From Candidatus Poribacteria bacterium (GTDB lineage Bacteria; Poribacteria; WGA-4E; WGA-3G), in assembly GCA_963665235.2 (NCBI GenBank), contig CAXXLX010000002.1, positions 320,001 to 384,000 on the forward strand: a stretch of 64,000 nt of DNA. Reading direction: 5' to 3'. Shown here one piece after another: positions 51,237-62,067 of the stretch. The notes under the pieces are model-generated. The model saw nothing but the letters and a program-made list of their open reading frames with translations, ran no database searches and had not been told where the DNA came from. How positions within the stretch are numbered: position 1 is the stretch's first letter; each line of letters begins with the position of its first letter. A program made the position numbers and the translations under genes.

Positions 51237-52505
51237 ATGCCGAACCAACGCGAAACAACTATTACAAACGAACTCGTCAACATCCTTCGACACATGCGAC
51301 ACGGATGGGATATTGAAATAGAGGTCAGAGCCTTCATAAAGGGCAGCAGTGAACTTGACGCGCTCGTGATTGAACACGGGAGAGAGCCGGTCGGCATTGA
51401 AGCAAAATTCGCCACTACCACTAACGCCAAAAAACTGCTCGAGCAGGCGGAAACACGACTTGTACTCGAACTTGAAACTGGATACCAGACCACCAGCAAA
51501 ACCCTTGATAACGTCATGGCAATTCTCTATCCCGACCGCTTTAAGACGGTGCCGGGACGCGATATTCAGGCAAAATTACGCGAGGCAGCCGACCTACAGT
51601 ATAAACTCGTCAATGCTGTCGGCGACACCGTGGGACACTTCCCGAAAAACGGATGGGCAACAGGCACAGCAGGCGACATTGCAAACGCACTCCACATCGG
51701 CGCAATGCCTACCTCTCAACTTGAAGAAGCTGCCGAAGAGATGAAGAAAAGTATCAACAAGGCGGCTTACCTACTTCAAGATGCTATTGTTGACCACCCT
51801 GCCATCGGCACAAAAATTGAGACGATTCTGCACCAAGCGGTTTTCTCTGAGTCGGCAGATAACACAGAAGAAAAACCGAACATCCAGACACTCCGCATGG
51901 CAGCCTTGATTATCACCGATGCCTTTGTCTTCCAAAGTTCCCTCGCGGGTAAACCGGAAATGAAAGCTGTCCGGTCCCTTCGCCAGCTCCTGCCCACAAT
52001 TGATTACGCCGATGTTATCACGGACTGGAACGCTATCCTTAAGGTTAACTACCGTCCAATCTTTGAGGATGCCCGGAACATAGTCGAGGCACTCGCTACG
52101 GATGATAGACTCGTCAACCCTATCTTAAAACTTCTATGTGAAGCTGCCAGAGACCTTGTGGATACCGATATTGCCCAAATCCATGAACTCGCGGGGATAG
52201 TGTTTCAAAAACTCATCACCGACCGGAAATATGTGAAGGCAAACTACACGTTACCGGAAAGTGCCGTGCTGCTCTCCAGCCTTGTAATGCCTGAACTGCC
52301 TGAAGGTAAACTTCCAAAAGTGGCAGACTTTGCATGTGGGACAGGCGCGCTGCTCAATGGGGTATACCAACGGACTCTGTCGCTGTATGAACAATCGGGT
52401 GGTAACGGTAGGGACATCCATCAGCGTATGTTAGAGAAGAATATCGGAGGGGTAGATATCATGCCGAATGCGACACACCTTACAGCCGCTGCGCTTGCCA
52501 AATGA
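51237..52505 (+). pseudogene. Truncated type IIG-like restriction-modification (N6-MTase) gene
   Basis: N-terminal D..GIEAK nuclease-like motif, YTLPESA, DFACGTGALL; stops before any NPPY/F motif, at a small AAATGACG/CGTCATTT inverted-repeat element. Confidence 0.7.
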
Positions 52506-52662
52506 CGGGTTCGTTTTTTGGGTGTATGCCTCCGTTATAGGCCCCGCCTAAGTTTCGACCCAAATAGCACTACGTCATTTTAGAAACGGCGGAGAACTAC
52601 ATGGTCCATTGACCCATAAGTACAAAATATTTACACACCCTCCAAAAACTTTACACACCCCC

Positions 52663-52691
52663 TTGCAATCCCAAACAAAATATGATATACT
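52663..52691 (+). promoter_or_regulatory. sigma70 promoter TTGCAA-17-TATACT
   Basis: Hexamers and spacing upstream of nadD. Confidence 0.6.
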
Positions 52692-52742
52692 TAAAACAGT
52701 GTAGACCGCGTAACAATATCTTACCCCGTTGGGGAGCAACAG

Positions 52743-53324
52743 ATGAAAATCGCCATTATGGGGGGAACTTTCAACCCAATCCATTACGCCCATTTGCTCA
52801 GTGCCGAACAGGTACGGGAAGGATTAGGTTACGACAAAATTTTGTTTATCCCCGCAGCACGACCACCGCATAAATCGCAACCGGATATGGTGTCCGCTGA
52901 GCATCGGTACCAGATGGTGCTGTTAGCAACAGCGGAGAATCCATATTTTGAGGTGTCTCGGATTGAACTAGACCGCGCGGGACCCTCCTACACAATTCAG
53001 ACGATAAAAGCGTTACAGCAGCTGTATGATGAAACAACGAAGCTTGCATGGATTATCGGGGCAGATTCGTTGATTGAATATGAAATTTGGAAGGATTTTG
53101 ACGAACTATTAACACAGTGCACTATGATTGCCACAACACGCCCCAATTACGACCTAACGAGTGTTCCCCCAGAAGTCCGAAACCGAGTTACAACGTTTCA
53201 GATAACAGGGTTTGATATGTCCGCAACCTACATTCGGGACCGCATCCGCAAAGGTGTTTCCATCCGATACCTTGTACCTGAAGCGGTTGCTGCCTATATC
53301 TACGAGCATCGGTTATACCAGTAA
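52743..53324 (+). CDS. nadD: Nicotinate-nucleotide adenylyltransferase
   Basis: GGTFNPIHYAH, SYT, IIGAD, SATYIR. Confidence 0.96.
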   Translation: MKIAIMGGTFNPIHYAHLLSAEQVREGLGYDKILFIPAARPPHKSQPDMVSAEHRYQMVLLATAENPYFEVSRIELDRAGPSYTIQTIKALQQLYDETTKLAWIIGADSLIEYEIWKDFDELLTQCTMIATTRPNYDLTSVPPEVRNRVTTFQITGFDMSATYIRDRIRKGVSIRYLVPEAVAAYIYEHRLYQ

Positions 53325-53357
53325 AGAGAAAGTCGACAACTTTGGAAAGGAGACAAT

Positions 53358-53597
53358 ATGGAACATAAATGTAGCATCTGCAACACAGTCTACGAATTTA
53401 ATTACCAAAAAGGGATACCGTTACCCTCACACTTCCCGTTCTGTAGCGACCGGTGCAAGACAATAGATTTAGGAAAATGGCTCAACGAGGAATACTGTAT
53501 CAGCACGCCGCTGCCTGAAGCTGAGATATTAACAGACATGGACCGAAAAATTCTAGCGGAACTGCTTGGAGACGACACCGAATCCGAGGAAGCTTAA
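53358..53597 (+). CDS. yacG: DNA gyrase inhibitor YacG
   Basis: CSIC...PFCSDRCKTIDLGKWLNEEY. Confidence 0.88.
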   Translation: MEHKCSICNTVYEFNYQKGIPLPSHFPFCSDRCKTIDLGKWLNEEYCISTPLPEAEILTDMDRKILAELLGDDTESEEA

Positions 53598-53624
53598 CTA
53601 ACAACCAATCGCTAAAAGAGATAC

Positions 53625-54272
53625 ATGACAATGCACAACCCTTTTTCATCAGCTCAGCGTGACGATGGACAGCGTCCCGTTCCTACTGCTTTAGCGGAAC
53701 TCCGAGAACACCCAAAATCGATAGAAATCCAGCAATATCTGTCAGAAAAATTGACTCCGAAACGTTACACGCATGTCCTTGCTGTTCAGGAAACGGCTGT
53801 CGCATTAGCACAGCGACATGATGCCGACATATCTAAAGCCAATTTGGCTGCCCTACTGCACGACGTTGCAAAATGGATGAACAAGACGCAGCTATACACT
53901 GCCGTGGCAGATTATCAGATTCAACTCGATGCAATTGAAAGAATTACGCCTGCGTTGTTACATCCAATTATCGGGGTCAAGCTAGCTATTGAACGTTTCG
54001 ATATAACCAACCTTGAAGTGCTTGAAGCAATCCGCAACCACACAACGGGTAACGCCTCAATGGGTTTAATAGCGCAAGTAGTATACGTAGCTGATTTTAT
54101 TGAGCCGACCCGCATCCATGAAGGTGTCACACATGTAAGAGAAGTGGCGGAGACGGACCTGTCGCTTGCGGTGCATCACGTTGCTCGCTATAAAATTGTT
54201 CATCTCCTTCAAGAGGGAAGGATAATTCATCCCAACACTTTGCACACCTACAACAGCACCTTGGCGGAATAG
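53625..54272 (+). CDS. yqeK: HD-domain Ap4A hydrolase YqeK
   Basis: KRYTH, LLHDVAK, HTTG, ADFIEP; lies next to nadD. Confidence 0.88.
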   Translation: MTMHNPFSSAQRDDGQRPVPTALAELREHPKSIEIQQYLSEKLTPKRYTHVLAVQETAVALAQRHDADISKANLAALLHDVAKWMNKTQLYTAVADYQIQLDAIERITPALLHPIIGVKLAIERFDITNLEVLEAIRNHTTGNASMGLIAQVVYVADFIEPTRIHEGVTHVREVAETDLSLAVHHVARYKIVHLLQEGRIIHPNTLHTYNSTLAE

Positions 54273-54393
54273 CAAGCCGAATTTTGAAAAAAACTTGCAA
54301 TTTTCCTGAAAATTGGGTACGATTATTGATATGGAAAACGCGCCAAAATTTGCGGTTTGATAAAGCGGGCTCCTTAAAGAGAGGACTAGAAAC

Positions 54394-55056
54394 ATGCAGA
54401 CTTACACACTCTCACAGTTCAATGAAGAAACACTCAAGACTCTCGTCACACTAAGCGAAGTGGACGGCACAGCAGAAACCTGGGAGAAGATGCGGATAGC
54501 CTTAACCGCCGAGGAAAACGCGATAATTGACTACTCCATCAGGTCAGATGCCCAACAACGCCATCTGCCAATTTTGAATGAGGCGACACTCTGGGGACGA
54601 GCAATTTATCCACTGTTACAGCTGGCAGAACAGGGGCATATTCAAGCGTGGGCAGATGTTCCGCTCAAAGCCACCTATCCCACATTTACGCTTGAAGGCG
54701 AAGTGGCTGGCGCGCTTGCACCCTCCGTAGGCGGTAGAATTCAACTTCCCTATCTACAAATTGTGCATCAAGCCAAGCGGGGTATCAATGCTCCTAATCC
54801 GCAATTCCAACTCTACGGCGAAATACTCGCCGCTGCATGGCTTAACTGGCAAAGCGATACTAAGCCGAAACAAAGGATTTTTGGGTGCTACACGCTCATT
54901 GACCGATGGCATTTCGCTCGCTGCGTTGTTGAGGGTATTGAAACAGAAAAACCGATGCTCAACATTGAATTTGCACCTGTATATAACGGCATCACTGACG
55001 CGGAACGCATCGTGCAATTGCTAAAATTTATCGTCGCGGAACAGAGCAATAACTAA
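54394..55056 (+). CDS. Hypothetical protein (degenerate PD-(D/E)xK-like fold possible)
   Basis: GAGGA SD, own promoter 54295-54323; NEATLWGRAIYPLL, QLYGEILAA. Confidence 0.7.
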   Translation: MQTYTLSQFNEETLKTLVTLSEVDGTAETWEKMRIALTAEENAIIDYSIRSDAQQRHLPILNEATLWGRAIYPLLQLAEQGHIQAWADVPLKATYPTFTLEGEVAGALAPSVGGRIQLPYLQIVHQAKRGINAPNPQFQLYGEILAAAWLNWQSDTKPKQRIFGCYTLIDRWHFARCVVEGIETEKPMLNIEFAPVYNGITDAERIVQLLKFIVAEQSNN

Positions 55057-55070
55057 TTGGGGAGATTACT

Positions 55071-55919
55071 ATGGCAACTTTTGGAACCGGGGACTATCGG
55101 TATGAGGTCGTAGAGGGGTGGGGCATGATTCCGCAACTCGGCCTCGTTTCAGGGGTAGCGTGCGACTCAAATAATCGGGTCTATGTTTACAATCGCAGCC
55201 CGCAACCCGCCATGCTCGTTTTTGAAGCGGATGGCACTTTCGTCACAGAATGGGGCAAGGATATTTTCAAAAAACCCCACGGAATTTGGATAAGTCCAGA
55301 TGATGAAATCTATACCACAGACACCATTGACCACACTGTCCGGAAATTCTCGCTTGATGGCGAGCTGTTGCAAACGTTCGGCACCGTCGAGCAGCCGGGT
55401 GCCCCAGGCACACCGTTTAATCAACCGACGCGTGCTGTCCTTTCTGCCACCGGAGAGATGTATGTCTCTGATGGCTATGGACAATCGCGCGTTCACCGCC
55501 TAACCCCCGATGGCGAAGTTATCGTCTCATGGGGAGCACCCGGAACTGGGCCCGGTGAATTCAACCTGCCCCACGATGTTACAGTAGACGCAAACGACAC
55601 TGTGTATATACTCGACCGGGGCAACCTTCGATGTCAAATATTTAACAACGATGGCGAATTTCTGACCGAGTGGACAGACCTCCGCTCCCCTAATGACCTA
55701 TTCATCGACACCGATAATATCATTCACATTGCCGAAGCGAGGCAAAGCATCTGTATCATGACACTACAGGGCGATATCATCGGACGCTGGGGAGAAAAGG
55801 GAACGGCACCAGGACAATTCAGCGATTCACCACACGGAATCTGGATTGACTCAACAGGAGACATCTATGTCAGCGAAGTCATCGCTGAAAGACGTTTCCA
55901 AAAATTTGTGAGGATATAA
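55071..55919 (+). CDS. NHL-repeat beta-propeller (peptidyl-alpha-hydroxyglycine lyase-like)
   Basis: PHGI, YVSDGYG, GEFNLPH repeats. Confidence 0.88.
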   Translation: MATFGTGDYRYEVVEGWGMIPQLGLVSGVACDSNNRVYVYNRSPQPAMLVFEADGTFVTEWGKDIFKKPHGIWISPDDEIYTTDTIDHTVRKFSLDGELLQTFGTVEQPGAPGTPFNQPTRAVLSATGEMYVSDGYGQSRVHRLTPDGEVIVSWGAPGTGPGEFNLPHDVTVDANDTVYILDRGNLRCQIFNNDGEFLTEWTDLRSPNDLFIDTDNIIHIAEARQSICIMTLQGDIIGRWGEKGTAPGQFSDSPHGIWIDSTGDIYVSEVIAERRFQKFVRI

Positions 55920-55925
55920 CCTGTT

Positions 55926-56960
55926 TTGAAGAAATGTTATCTCTATATTTTTAGTATCGTTTTTATCGGTTTTGTAGCAGGCACAACCGCTTTTGCTGAT
56001 GGCGGACATGAACATTCAGGGGACTGGTTTAAAAACTTTATCACACAACCGATGACGTTCCAATTGGCAATCGCCGCGCTAGTTGTCTCGTTTGTGCTAG
56101 GCGGATTACACGCCTTGACCCCCGGACACGGAAAAGCGGTTGTCGCAGCGTATCTCGTTGGCTCTAAAGGTCGCGTAATTGATGCGATTTTCTTGGGACT
56201 TGTCGTCACCTTCACCCACACCTTCAGCGTTATTGTGCTGGGGGTCATCATGCTGTTAGCAGAGGAGCATTTTGTCCCAGATGATATTGTTCCGTGGCTG
56301 AGTTTGGTTTCCGGGGTTTTGATTGCTGGCATTGGAGCGTGGCTGCTCGTCAGAAATGTGAAAGGGGCTGCCCACGGACATACACACAGCCATGGACCTG
56401 GGCATCATCATCATCCGCACGACCATTCCCATAGTCATGAGCACGACCATTCTCACGACTCTGAACATACCCATTCTCATGACCCGGAGGATGCTCATTC
56501 TCACAGTCATGAACATGGGCATTCTCACGACCCGGAGGATGCTCATTCTCACAGTCATGAACATGGACATTCTCACGACCCGGAGGATGCCCATTCCCAC
56601 AGTCATAGCCATGGACATGGGCATTCACATAGTCATGTGCCATCAGAGCGCCCTGGTTTCTGGGGATTGTTATCGCTCGGCATCTCTGGCGGCATCGTGC
56701 CGTGCGTTGACGCGCTTATCGGTCTGCTGTTTGCTATCAGCCTTAATAAAATTGCGCTGGGGTTGATTATCCTCTGTGCCTTCTCTTTAGGACTTGCCGC
56801 CGTACTAGTTGCTATTGGCATTCTGATGGTTTTAGCGAAACCGATTATTGAACGTTTCACAGGTGAAGGTGTTTGGCTACGCCGCTTACCAATTATCAGT
56901 GCCGCCGTCGTTATCCTACTTGGAGGCTTATTGGTAATCAAAGCAATCAACACTATTTGA
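55926..56960 (+). CDS. RcnA/NiCoT-like Ni/Co transporter with a His-rich loop
   Basis: HALTPGHGK, THT, GIVPC; 48-bp tandem His repeats. Confidence 0.88.
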   Translation: MKKCYLYIFSIVFIGFVAGTTAFADGGHEHSGDWFKNFITQPMTFQLAIAALVVSFVLGGLHALTPGHGKAVVAAYLVGSKGRVIDAIFLGLVVTFTHTFSVIVLGVIMLLAEEHFVPDDIVPWLSLVSGVLIAGIGAWLLVRNVKGAAHGHTHSHGPGHHHHPHDHSHSHEHDHSHDSEHTHSHDPEDAHSHSHEHGHSHDPEDAHSHSHEHGHSHDPEDAHSHSHSHGHGHSHSHVPSERPGFWGLLSLGISGGIVPCVDALIGLLFAISLNKIALGLIILCAFSLGLAAVLVAIGILMVLAKPIIERFTGEGVWLRRLPIISAAVVILLGGLLVIKAINTI

Positions 56961-57076
56961 ATCATGTTATTAGGCCGCTGCACCTATTACCTAAGAGTTG
57001 TGGGGTTGTGTATTTCTATAAAAACTGTACACACTCCGAACGCAACATCGGGCATCAGGAGACAGTTAAATATTTT

Positions 57077-57965
57077 ATGCTAAAGACTGTAGGTATTTTG
57101 AGCCCTGGCGATATGGGACACACCGTCGGCACTGTTCTCAGTCAAAATGGTTTACGCGTTATTACCTGCTTGGCGGGACGCAGCCAGCGCACCCGGCAGC
57201 TTGCGGAAAAAGCGGGCATTGTGGATGTACCGACGTATTCGCAACTTGTCATCGACGCTGAGCTGATTCTCTCAATTATGGTACCAGCACAGGCGATGTC
57301 TGCTGCAAGTGAAGTCGCGGAAGCCTTGCAACAAACAGGGACATCCTTGACCTATGTCGATTGTAATGCCATTGCACCGCAAACAACGCGCCAATTAGGG
57401 GAGCAGATTACATCAGCAGGGGGTGTATTTGTCGACGCGTCTATCATAGGACCGCCCCCACGCAGACCAGGGACCGGGGGCGACGCGTTTCTATGCATCG
57501 GGCCCCAACCTTGACATTTTCTCCCAGCTCAACGATTACGGCTTAGAGGTACGCACGCTCGGTAACGAGATAGGGCAGGCCTCTGCAATTAAGATGTGTT
57601 ATGCCGCATTGACGAAAGGACTAACCGCGCTCTGCACCGAATTACTGACCGCTGCAAAACGCCTCGGCGTAGCGGACGCACTAACAGCAGAATTTCAATT
57701 GAGTCAAGCGGCTCTTTTTGCACGGATGGAAAACGGACTGCCCGGCATGCCACCCAAAGCCAGACGTTGGATTGGAGAGATGGAGGAAATCTCGGCAACA
57801 TTTGCACACGTTGGATTGACACCGGACCTCTTGGCAGGCGCAGCGGATATGTACCGACTGGTAGGTGAAACCCATCTCGCTGACCTACCCCCGGAGGCAC
57901 GGGACCAGTTCCCGACATTGACAGAGTTAATCGCAGTCCTAGCAGAACAGCTTGAGAAGATGTAG
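57077..57965 (+). pseudogene. 6-PGDH-like NAD-binding / DUF1932 oxidoreductase, frameshifted at ~57466-57480
   Basis: SPGDMG, DASIIGPP, KMCYAALTKG in two frames; an ACCAGGG-ACCGGGG duplication explains the shift. Confidence 0.8.
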
Positions 57966-57990
57966 ACGAACGGACCGCTTACCTACATTG

Positions 57991-58779
57991 TTATTCTGCT
58001 TCGTCCACGGGCTGTTTGACTTCAGGCTCCGCAAGAATCCATTCTTGGAATGCCGGCGCGTCTACAAAAAATGAACGCATCAGCGCAAATTCATCGGGTG
58101 TTGCAATTGCACATCGCAGCATACCTTCCCTGGCCCCGTGCGTCTCGATACGCTCCCGCCATGCCTGCTGAAACACCTTCGTGTCATCTATTATGAGCTT
58201 GGAAAACATACCCATCTGCACCATTTGAGAACTCAGACCGGAGGTATCCGAAACGTGTTCCATTAGCGGTTCTATCAGATGCTCCTGCTGGAGTTTGGTC
58301 ATTTCTCCTATTTCCTCACGCGGTTCTGGCACTGTCGTGCACCACTCCCAGATTCTGAAGTAGTAATCCAGCCAATGTTGTAATTCTGCAGCGTCCTTCT
58401 CATCCCCCACAACCGCTTTAAGCCGGGACGATACAGCGGTTCTATGGTTTTCCGTGGGCATCGCGGCGACATAAGCCGAAAAATCTGTATACGCCTCCCC
58501 ATCGCGCATTTTTAAATAAGAGAGATAGGGTTCACTGGACAAAACGTCTTCTAAATCAATTTCTTCAGCTTGTAGAAGTTGGTTGAGCAGGTTTTCTTGG
58601 TCTTCAGTTAAGGGGGCATGTGCAAACGTCTTTAATTTTTGTGTGTAGATACGATGCTGCGCGGATACCTCTTTCATCTCCTGCGTTATTTTGCCAATCC
58701 ACTTTACCACAAAAATTATTCCGCCAGCGAGAAGCACAACAAATATGCCGATAAGAATCAGAACAATAGGTTTTTTCAT
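57991..58779 (-). CDS. Hypothetical membrane-anchored protein
   Basis: N-terminal TM; C-terminal HGAREGMLR resembles the neighbour's HGTEAGMLR. Confidence 0.75.
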   Translation of the reverse strand: MKKPIVLILIGIFVVLLAGGIIFVVKWIGKITQEMKEVSAQHRIYTQKLKTFAHAPLTEDQENLLNQLLQAEEIDLEDVLSSEPYLSYLKMRDGEAYTDFSAYVAAMPTENHRTAVSSRLKAVVGDEKDAAELQHWLDYYFRIWEWCTTVPEPREEIGEMTKLQQEHLIEPLMEHVSDTSGLSSQMVQMGMFSKLIIDDTKVFQQAWRERIETHGAREGMLRCAIATPDEFALMRSFFVDAPAFQEWILAEPEVKQPVDEAE

Positions 58780-59927
58780 TATTTTCTCCCCGGTTTCGGC
58801 GCGGGTTGACGCGCAGGCGGTTTAGCAGGGGGGCTCCCAGCCGTTTGTCCAGAAAGCCACGCCTCTATTTTTGCAGGTGTGTCGAACTGCTTCAAAATCC
58901 AACCTGCAGCCTCCTTATCGGTTTCAAGCAGACGTAACATACCTGCCTCTGTGCCGTGGAGCAACAAAACCTCCCGAATCTTCGCTACGCGCGCAGGCGA
59001 TAGCGGTGCAGGTGCCGCTGTGGCAGGGTTCGGGGCATGCCCACTATCACTGTTTGTAGACGTAGGCGAAGCATTAACAGTGTCTGTCTGTGGGACTGTG
59101 TCTTGGGGGTTAAGTGCAGGCATTGCTGGTCCCTGTGTCATGGTTCCGGCAAAACTTTTTATGAATTCGGACATGTCCTCAGTATCAGAATATTCAACGC
59201 CTTCCAATGCCCCCGCAGCGATGATTTCGCCACGCATCCACTCTATTTGTTGACCGATTTTACCTTGAAACTGAGCAAGTGTCCATGCGGTAAAATCCTG
59301 TTCTTTATGGAGTTTCACCGCAACAGCTGTCATTACCTCATGAAAGTCGCCTGGCGTAGCGGCGACTATCTCGTGAATGCGCGTTGCCATTTGTGCCTCG
59401 TAATCGGCAGGCGTGCCTTCAGGAAAATGCTGGCGGAACACCTTCATCCCGATTTCCGCAAAATTAATGGGCAGCCCCATAATATCATAGAGTTCCTGCA
59501 TATCAATATCCGGTACTTCCCCTGGCGTAATTCCATCAAATTTTTCAGAGAACCACTTTTCAGCTGCTTCCATTCGCTCCAAAGCTTCTGCACTCATAAG
59601 GGATTTAAGTTTATCAGTGAACTCCTGAGCGTCTTCAGGATTTTCAAACCCCTTAAAGTTTTCAAGGTCGTTCGTTTTCAGCAGCTCTTTGAGTTTGTTT
59701 GCATCTATGCCGAAGGTGGATGCTTGCGGGGGTACACCTGTTTCAGTAGTTGGGGCAACATCGTCCACGGCCTCGGTTTCGGACATCTCAGTGGGTTCGT
59801 CTGTCTCCTGTTCCTGAACCGATTCCATTTCGACCGGCGTATCGGTTTGGGGCCCTGATGTCAGGAAAACCACCACGCCGAGGAGAAAGCATATACCCAT
59901 GAAAACGGGAAATAAACGCTCTTTCAT
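58779..59927 (-). CDS. Hypothetical membrane-anchored protein
   Basis: GAGG SD, N-terminal TM, acidic linker. Confidence 0.75.
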   Translation of the reverse strand: MKERLFPVFMGICFLLGVVVFLTSGPQTDTPVEMESVQEQETDEPTEMSETEAVDDVAPTTETGVPPQASTFGIDANKLKELLKTNDLENFKGFENPEDAQEFTDKLKSLMSAEALERMEAAEKWFSEKFDGITPGEVPDIDMQELYDIMGLPINFAEIGMKVFRQHFPEGTPADYEAQMATRIHEIVAATPGDFHEVMTAVAVKLHKEQDFTAWTLAQFQGKIGQQIEWMRGEIIAAGALEGVEYSDTEDMSEFIKSFAGTMTQGPAMPALNPQDTVPQTDTVNASPTSTNSDSGHAPNPATAAPAPLSPARVAKIREVLLLHGTEAGMLRLLETDKEAAGWILKQFDTPAKIEAWLSGQTAGSPPAKPPARQPAPKPGRK

Positions 59928-60024
59928 TGGAAACCTCTTTCTTCTGTAGGAGCGAGCTCCTTCCTACGGTTATCAATGTCATAGTCACATCAGTTCTTGA
60001 TTAATCTATCATTCCTGCATTATA

Positions 60025-60426
60025 CTACATGCTCACTAAACTTGTCAATAGGAAAGAATCAACAACGGCATAAAACTGCCCTGATTTCCGTTCTTGTATG
60101 TATGCTGTAGCACTACTGCCATCTGTGGCTACAGCGGTGCCGAGCAGTGTATATGCGGATTCTCGCTGGGGTGGTTGCCAGTTGAGCCGTCTAAAGATGT
60201 TATTGTCAATAATCGCTTGATAGAACGCCTCAGGGTCTACCCCCTGAGACTCCTCGCCTTTTGAAAGTGTCGGCAGAGGACGAGCTCGAGTCACCGATAC
60301 TATGTCCGCGTCCGAGATTTGAGGGGACGCGGGTGTATCAGGCCTGTGCCCACCCCAAAATAGGAGTAGCAGCCCACATGCACACACAGTTGCGAAAATA
60401 CCAGCAATCATTAGGATACGCCGCAT
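60025..60426 (-). CDS. Hypothetical bitopic protein (GspC-like features, possibly truncated)
   Basis: GGAGG SD; TM; IIDNNIF, YTLLGT. Confidence 0.5.
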   Translation of the reverse strand: MRRILMIAGIFATVCACGLLLLFWGGHRPDTPASPQISDADIVSVTRARPLPTLSKGEESQGVDPEAFYQAIIDNNIFRRLNWQPPQRESAYTLLGTAVATDGSSATAYIQERKSGQFYAVVDSFLLTSLVSM

Positions 60427-60463
60427 TGTCCCTCCATTGATTACAGCACACAAGGGGGTTTCC

Positions 60464-61843
60464 CTACTCCTGCGCCGCCGGTAATTCCGAGGGGGTGGGT
60501 GCTTTGGGTTTTGAACGTTCTGGGGAACGGTGCCCTGGAGGAGTCCCCTTCGGTTGCATCCTTTCTTCGCCTGCCTGTCGTATCGCGTCAAGCTCCTTTA
60601 TCACTTGTTGTAGCTCCCGGAGATCTCTCGGCAAATCACCTCCATGCCATTCCTGCAGAATCTCAAACCACAGCTGGATGTTGTGCGGGCCAGGAGGTTC
60701 AGGAGGCAGTATGTCAAAGGGGAACTCCCGCTTCGATTCGGGTCCACCGGGGCGTTGTGAGGGGCGTTGCGCGTTCTCTTGTCCATCCGACTTGTCGTGT
60801 GGATGTGGATGCAGGCGTTCATCCTGTGAGGGCGTTGTGAGGGGCGGGACGATTTTCTGTGTTTTCTCAGATTGTGATTTGAAGAGTGCCTCGTGGTCAG
60901 CTATCAGCTTTTCAACATGTTCCTCTACTGCCTCGAGTGCTGCCATCTGGCGTTCATAAAACCTCGGCGGGGGAAGGCCAGATGGCATTGGATTGCCATT
61001 TTCATCTGTATAGATAACGGTGACCCCCTTCGGTGCAACACCATACATCGTTATATCGTTTTTCTGTTCTTCGGATAACATCGCACCTGTAAACGTCGAC
61101 AGCGGTTTATCTTCAGACACATGGACATACACAGTGTTGGGGGAAAAAGGGGTATAGACACCATTTAGATCGGTGATGCCCCCGGCTATGGACGGATCCC
61201 GATCCACTGCACGCTGCGTGTTGAGCCTTGCAACAATACTAAACTTAATCCTGACTTCTTCAAGTTCTTCCCAAGTTGCGTCCTCAGGTAACCTGTAACC
61301 CTTAAGAATATTTAATCTTGTTTCTGGGTTATCGAATTCGGACTTATCCTGTAACATTTGAAATCTTAGATCCGATGCCATTTTATACTGCCCAAATATA
61401 AGAAACGGGTACCCATTATCCAAGAGGTGTTGAAGCCATGCCTCTTTTGGCCAGTAATCCTCTCCGCGCGCCACCAATCCACGTGATGGGTTCTCAAAAG
61501 TCTTATACTCTTCTTCCCATTTTTCTATCATTTCTGGGACAGTGTGGGGTTGATAGTCTCTTTTGATGGCTGCAAGGTCAAGGTTATCCCATACACGGAG
61601 AATAGAATGTTCTGCTATAGTATCCGGCGTGGTTGTTTTAGATGGAGCTGCAGGCGGCAAAATAGGTGGATGGGTATGCTCAACCACCTCACCCTCCGGG
61701 ACCACATGCTGATGCGGTTTAGAAATAGGGATCCGGTCAAGTATCGACTTTTCCTCTTTCTTTTGTAGGATACCTACATAGGATGCAACACCGACAATAA
61801 CAATAACAATAGAAATAAGTAGAAAACGAACCTGTTTTTTCAT
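60464..61843 (-). CDS. Hypothetical membrane-anchored Pro-rich protein
   Basis: AGGAG SD before MKKQVRF; N-terminal TM. Confidence 0.75.
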   Translation of the reverse strand: MKKQVRFLLISIVIVIVGVASYVGILQKKEEKSILDRIPISKPHQHVVPEGEVVEHTHPPILPPAAPSKTTTPDTIAEHSILRVWDNLDLAAIKRDYQPHTVPEMIEKWEEEYKTFENPSRGLVARGEDYWPKEAWLQHLLDNGYPFLIFGQYKMASDLRFQMLQDKSEFDNPETRLNILKGYRLPEDATWEELEEVRIKFSIVARLNTQRAVDRDPSIAGGITDLNGVYTPFSPNTVYVHVSEDKPLSTFTGAMLSEEQKNDITMYGVAPKGVTVIYTDENGNPMPSGLPPPRFYERQMAALEAVEEHVEKLIADHEALFKSQSEKTQKIVPPLTTPSQDERLHPHPHDKSDGQENAQRPSQRPGGPESKREFPFDILPPEPPGPHNIQLWFEILQEWHGGDLPRDLRELQQVIKELDAIRQAGEERMQPKGTPPGHRSPERSKPKAPTPSELPAAQE

Positions 61844-62067
61844 AGCAATCTCTCTCCTTTTAAATCCTTCGTCAGGGCGTGGAGGAGAAGTATCTCCCTT
61901 TTCATGTTTCAGAAAATACGCGCTCCTTACTTTTGATGCTTGTTGGATAATAGAGCGGGCAACGACCAATATGTCTCTAATCCCAATTAGTTGGACAACG
62001 CTCGCTCTTCCGATAGATGCAATGCAGTAGGAATCCGCATAACGTTAGAGCGTTAGGTTTAATGTCC

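Noticed and set aside
57460-57485. Programmed frameshift in the oxidoreductase
   Set aside because: A 7-bp imperfect duplication explains the shift; no slippery heptamer; likely mutation or consensus error
59037-59858. 273-aa plus-strand ORF and similar long antisense ORFs
   Set aside because: Shadow frames of better-supported opposite-strand genes
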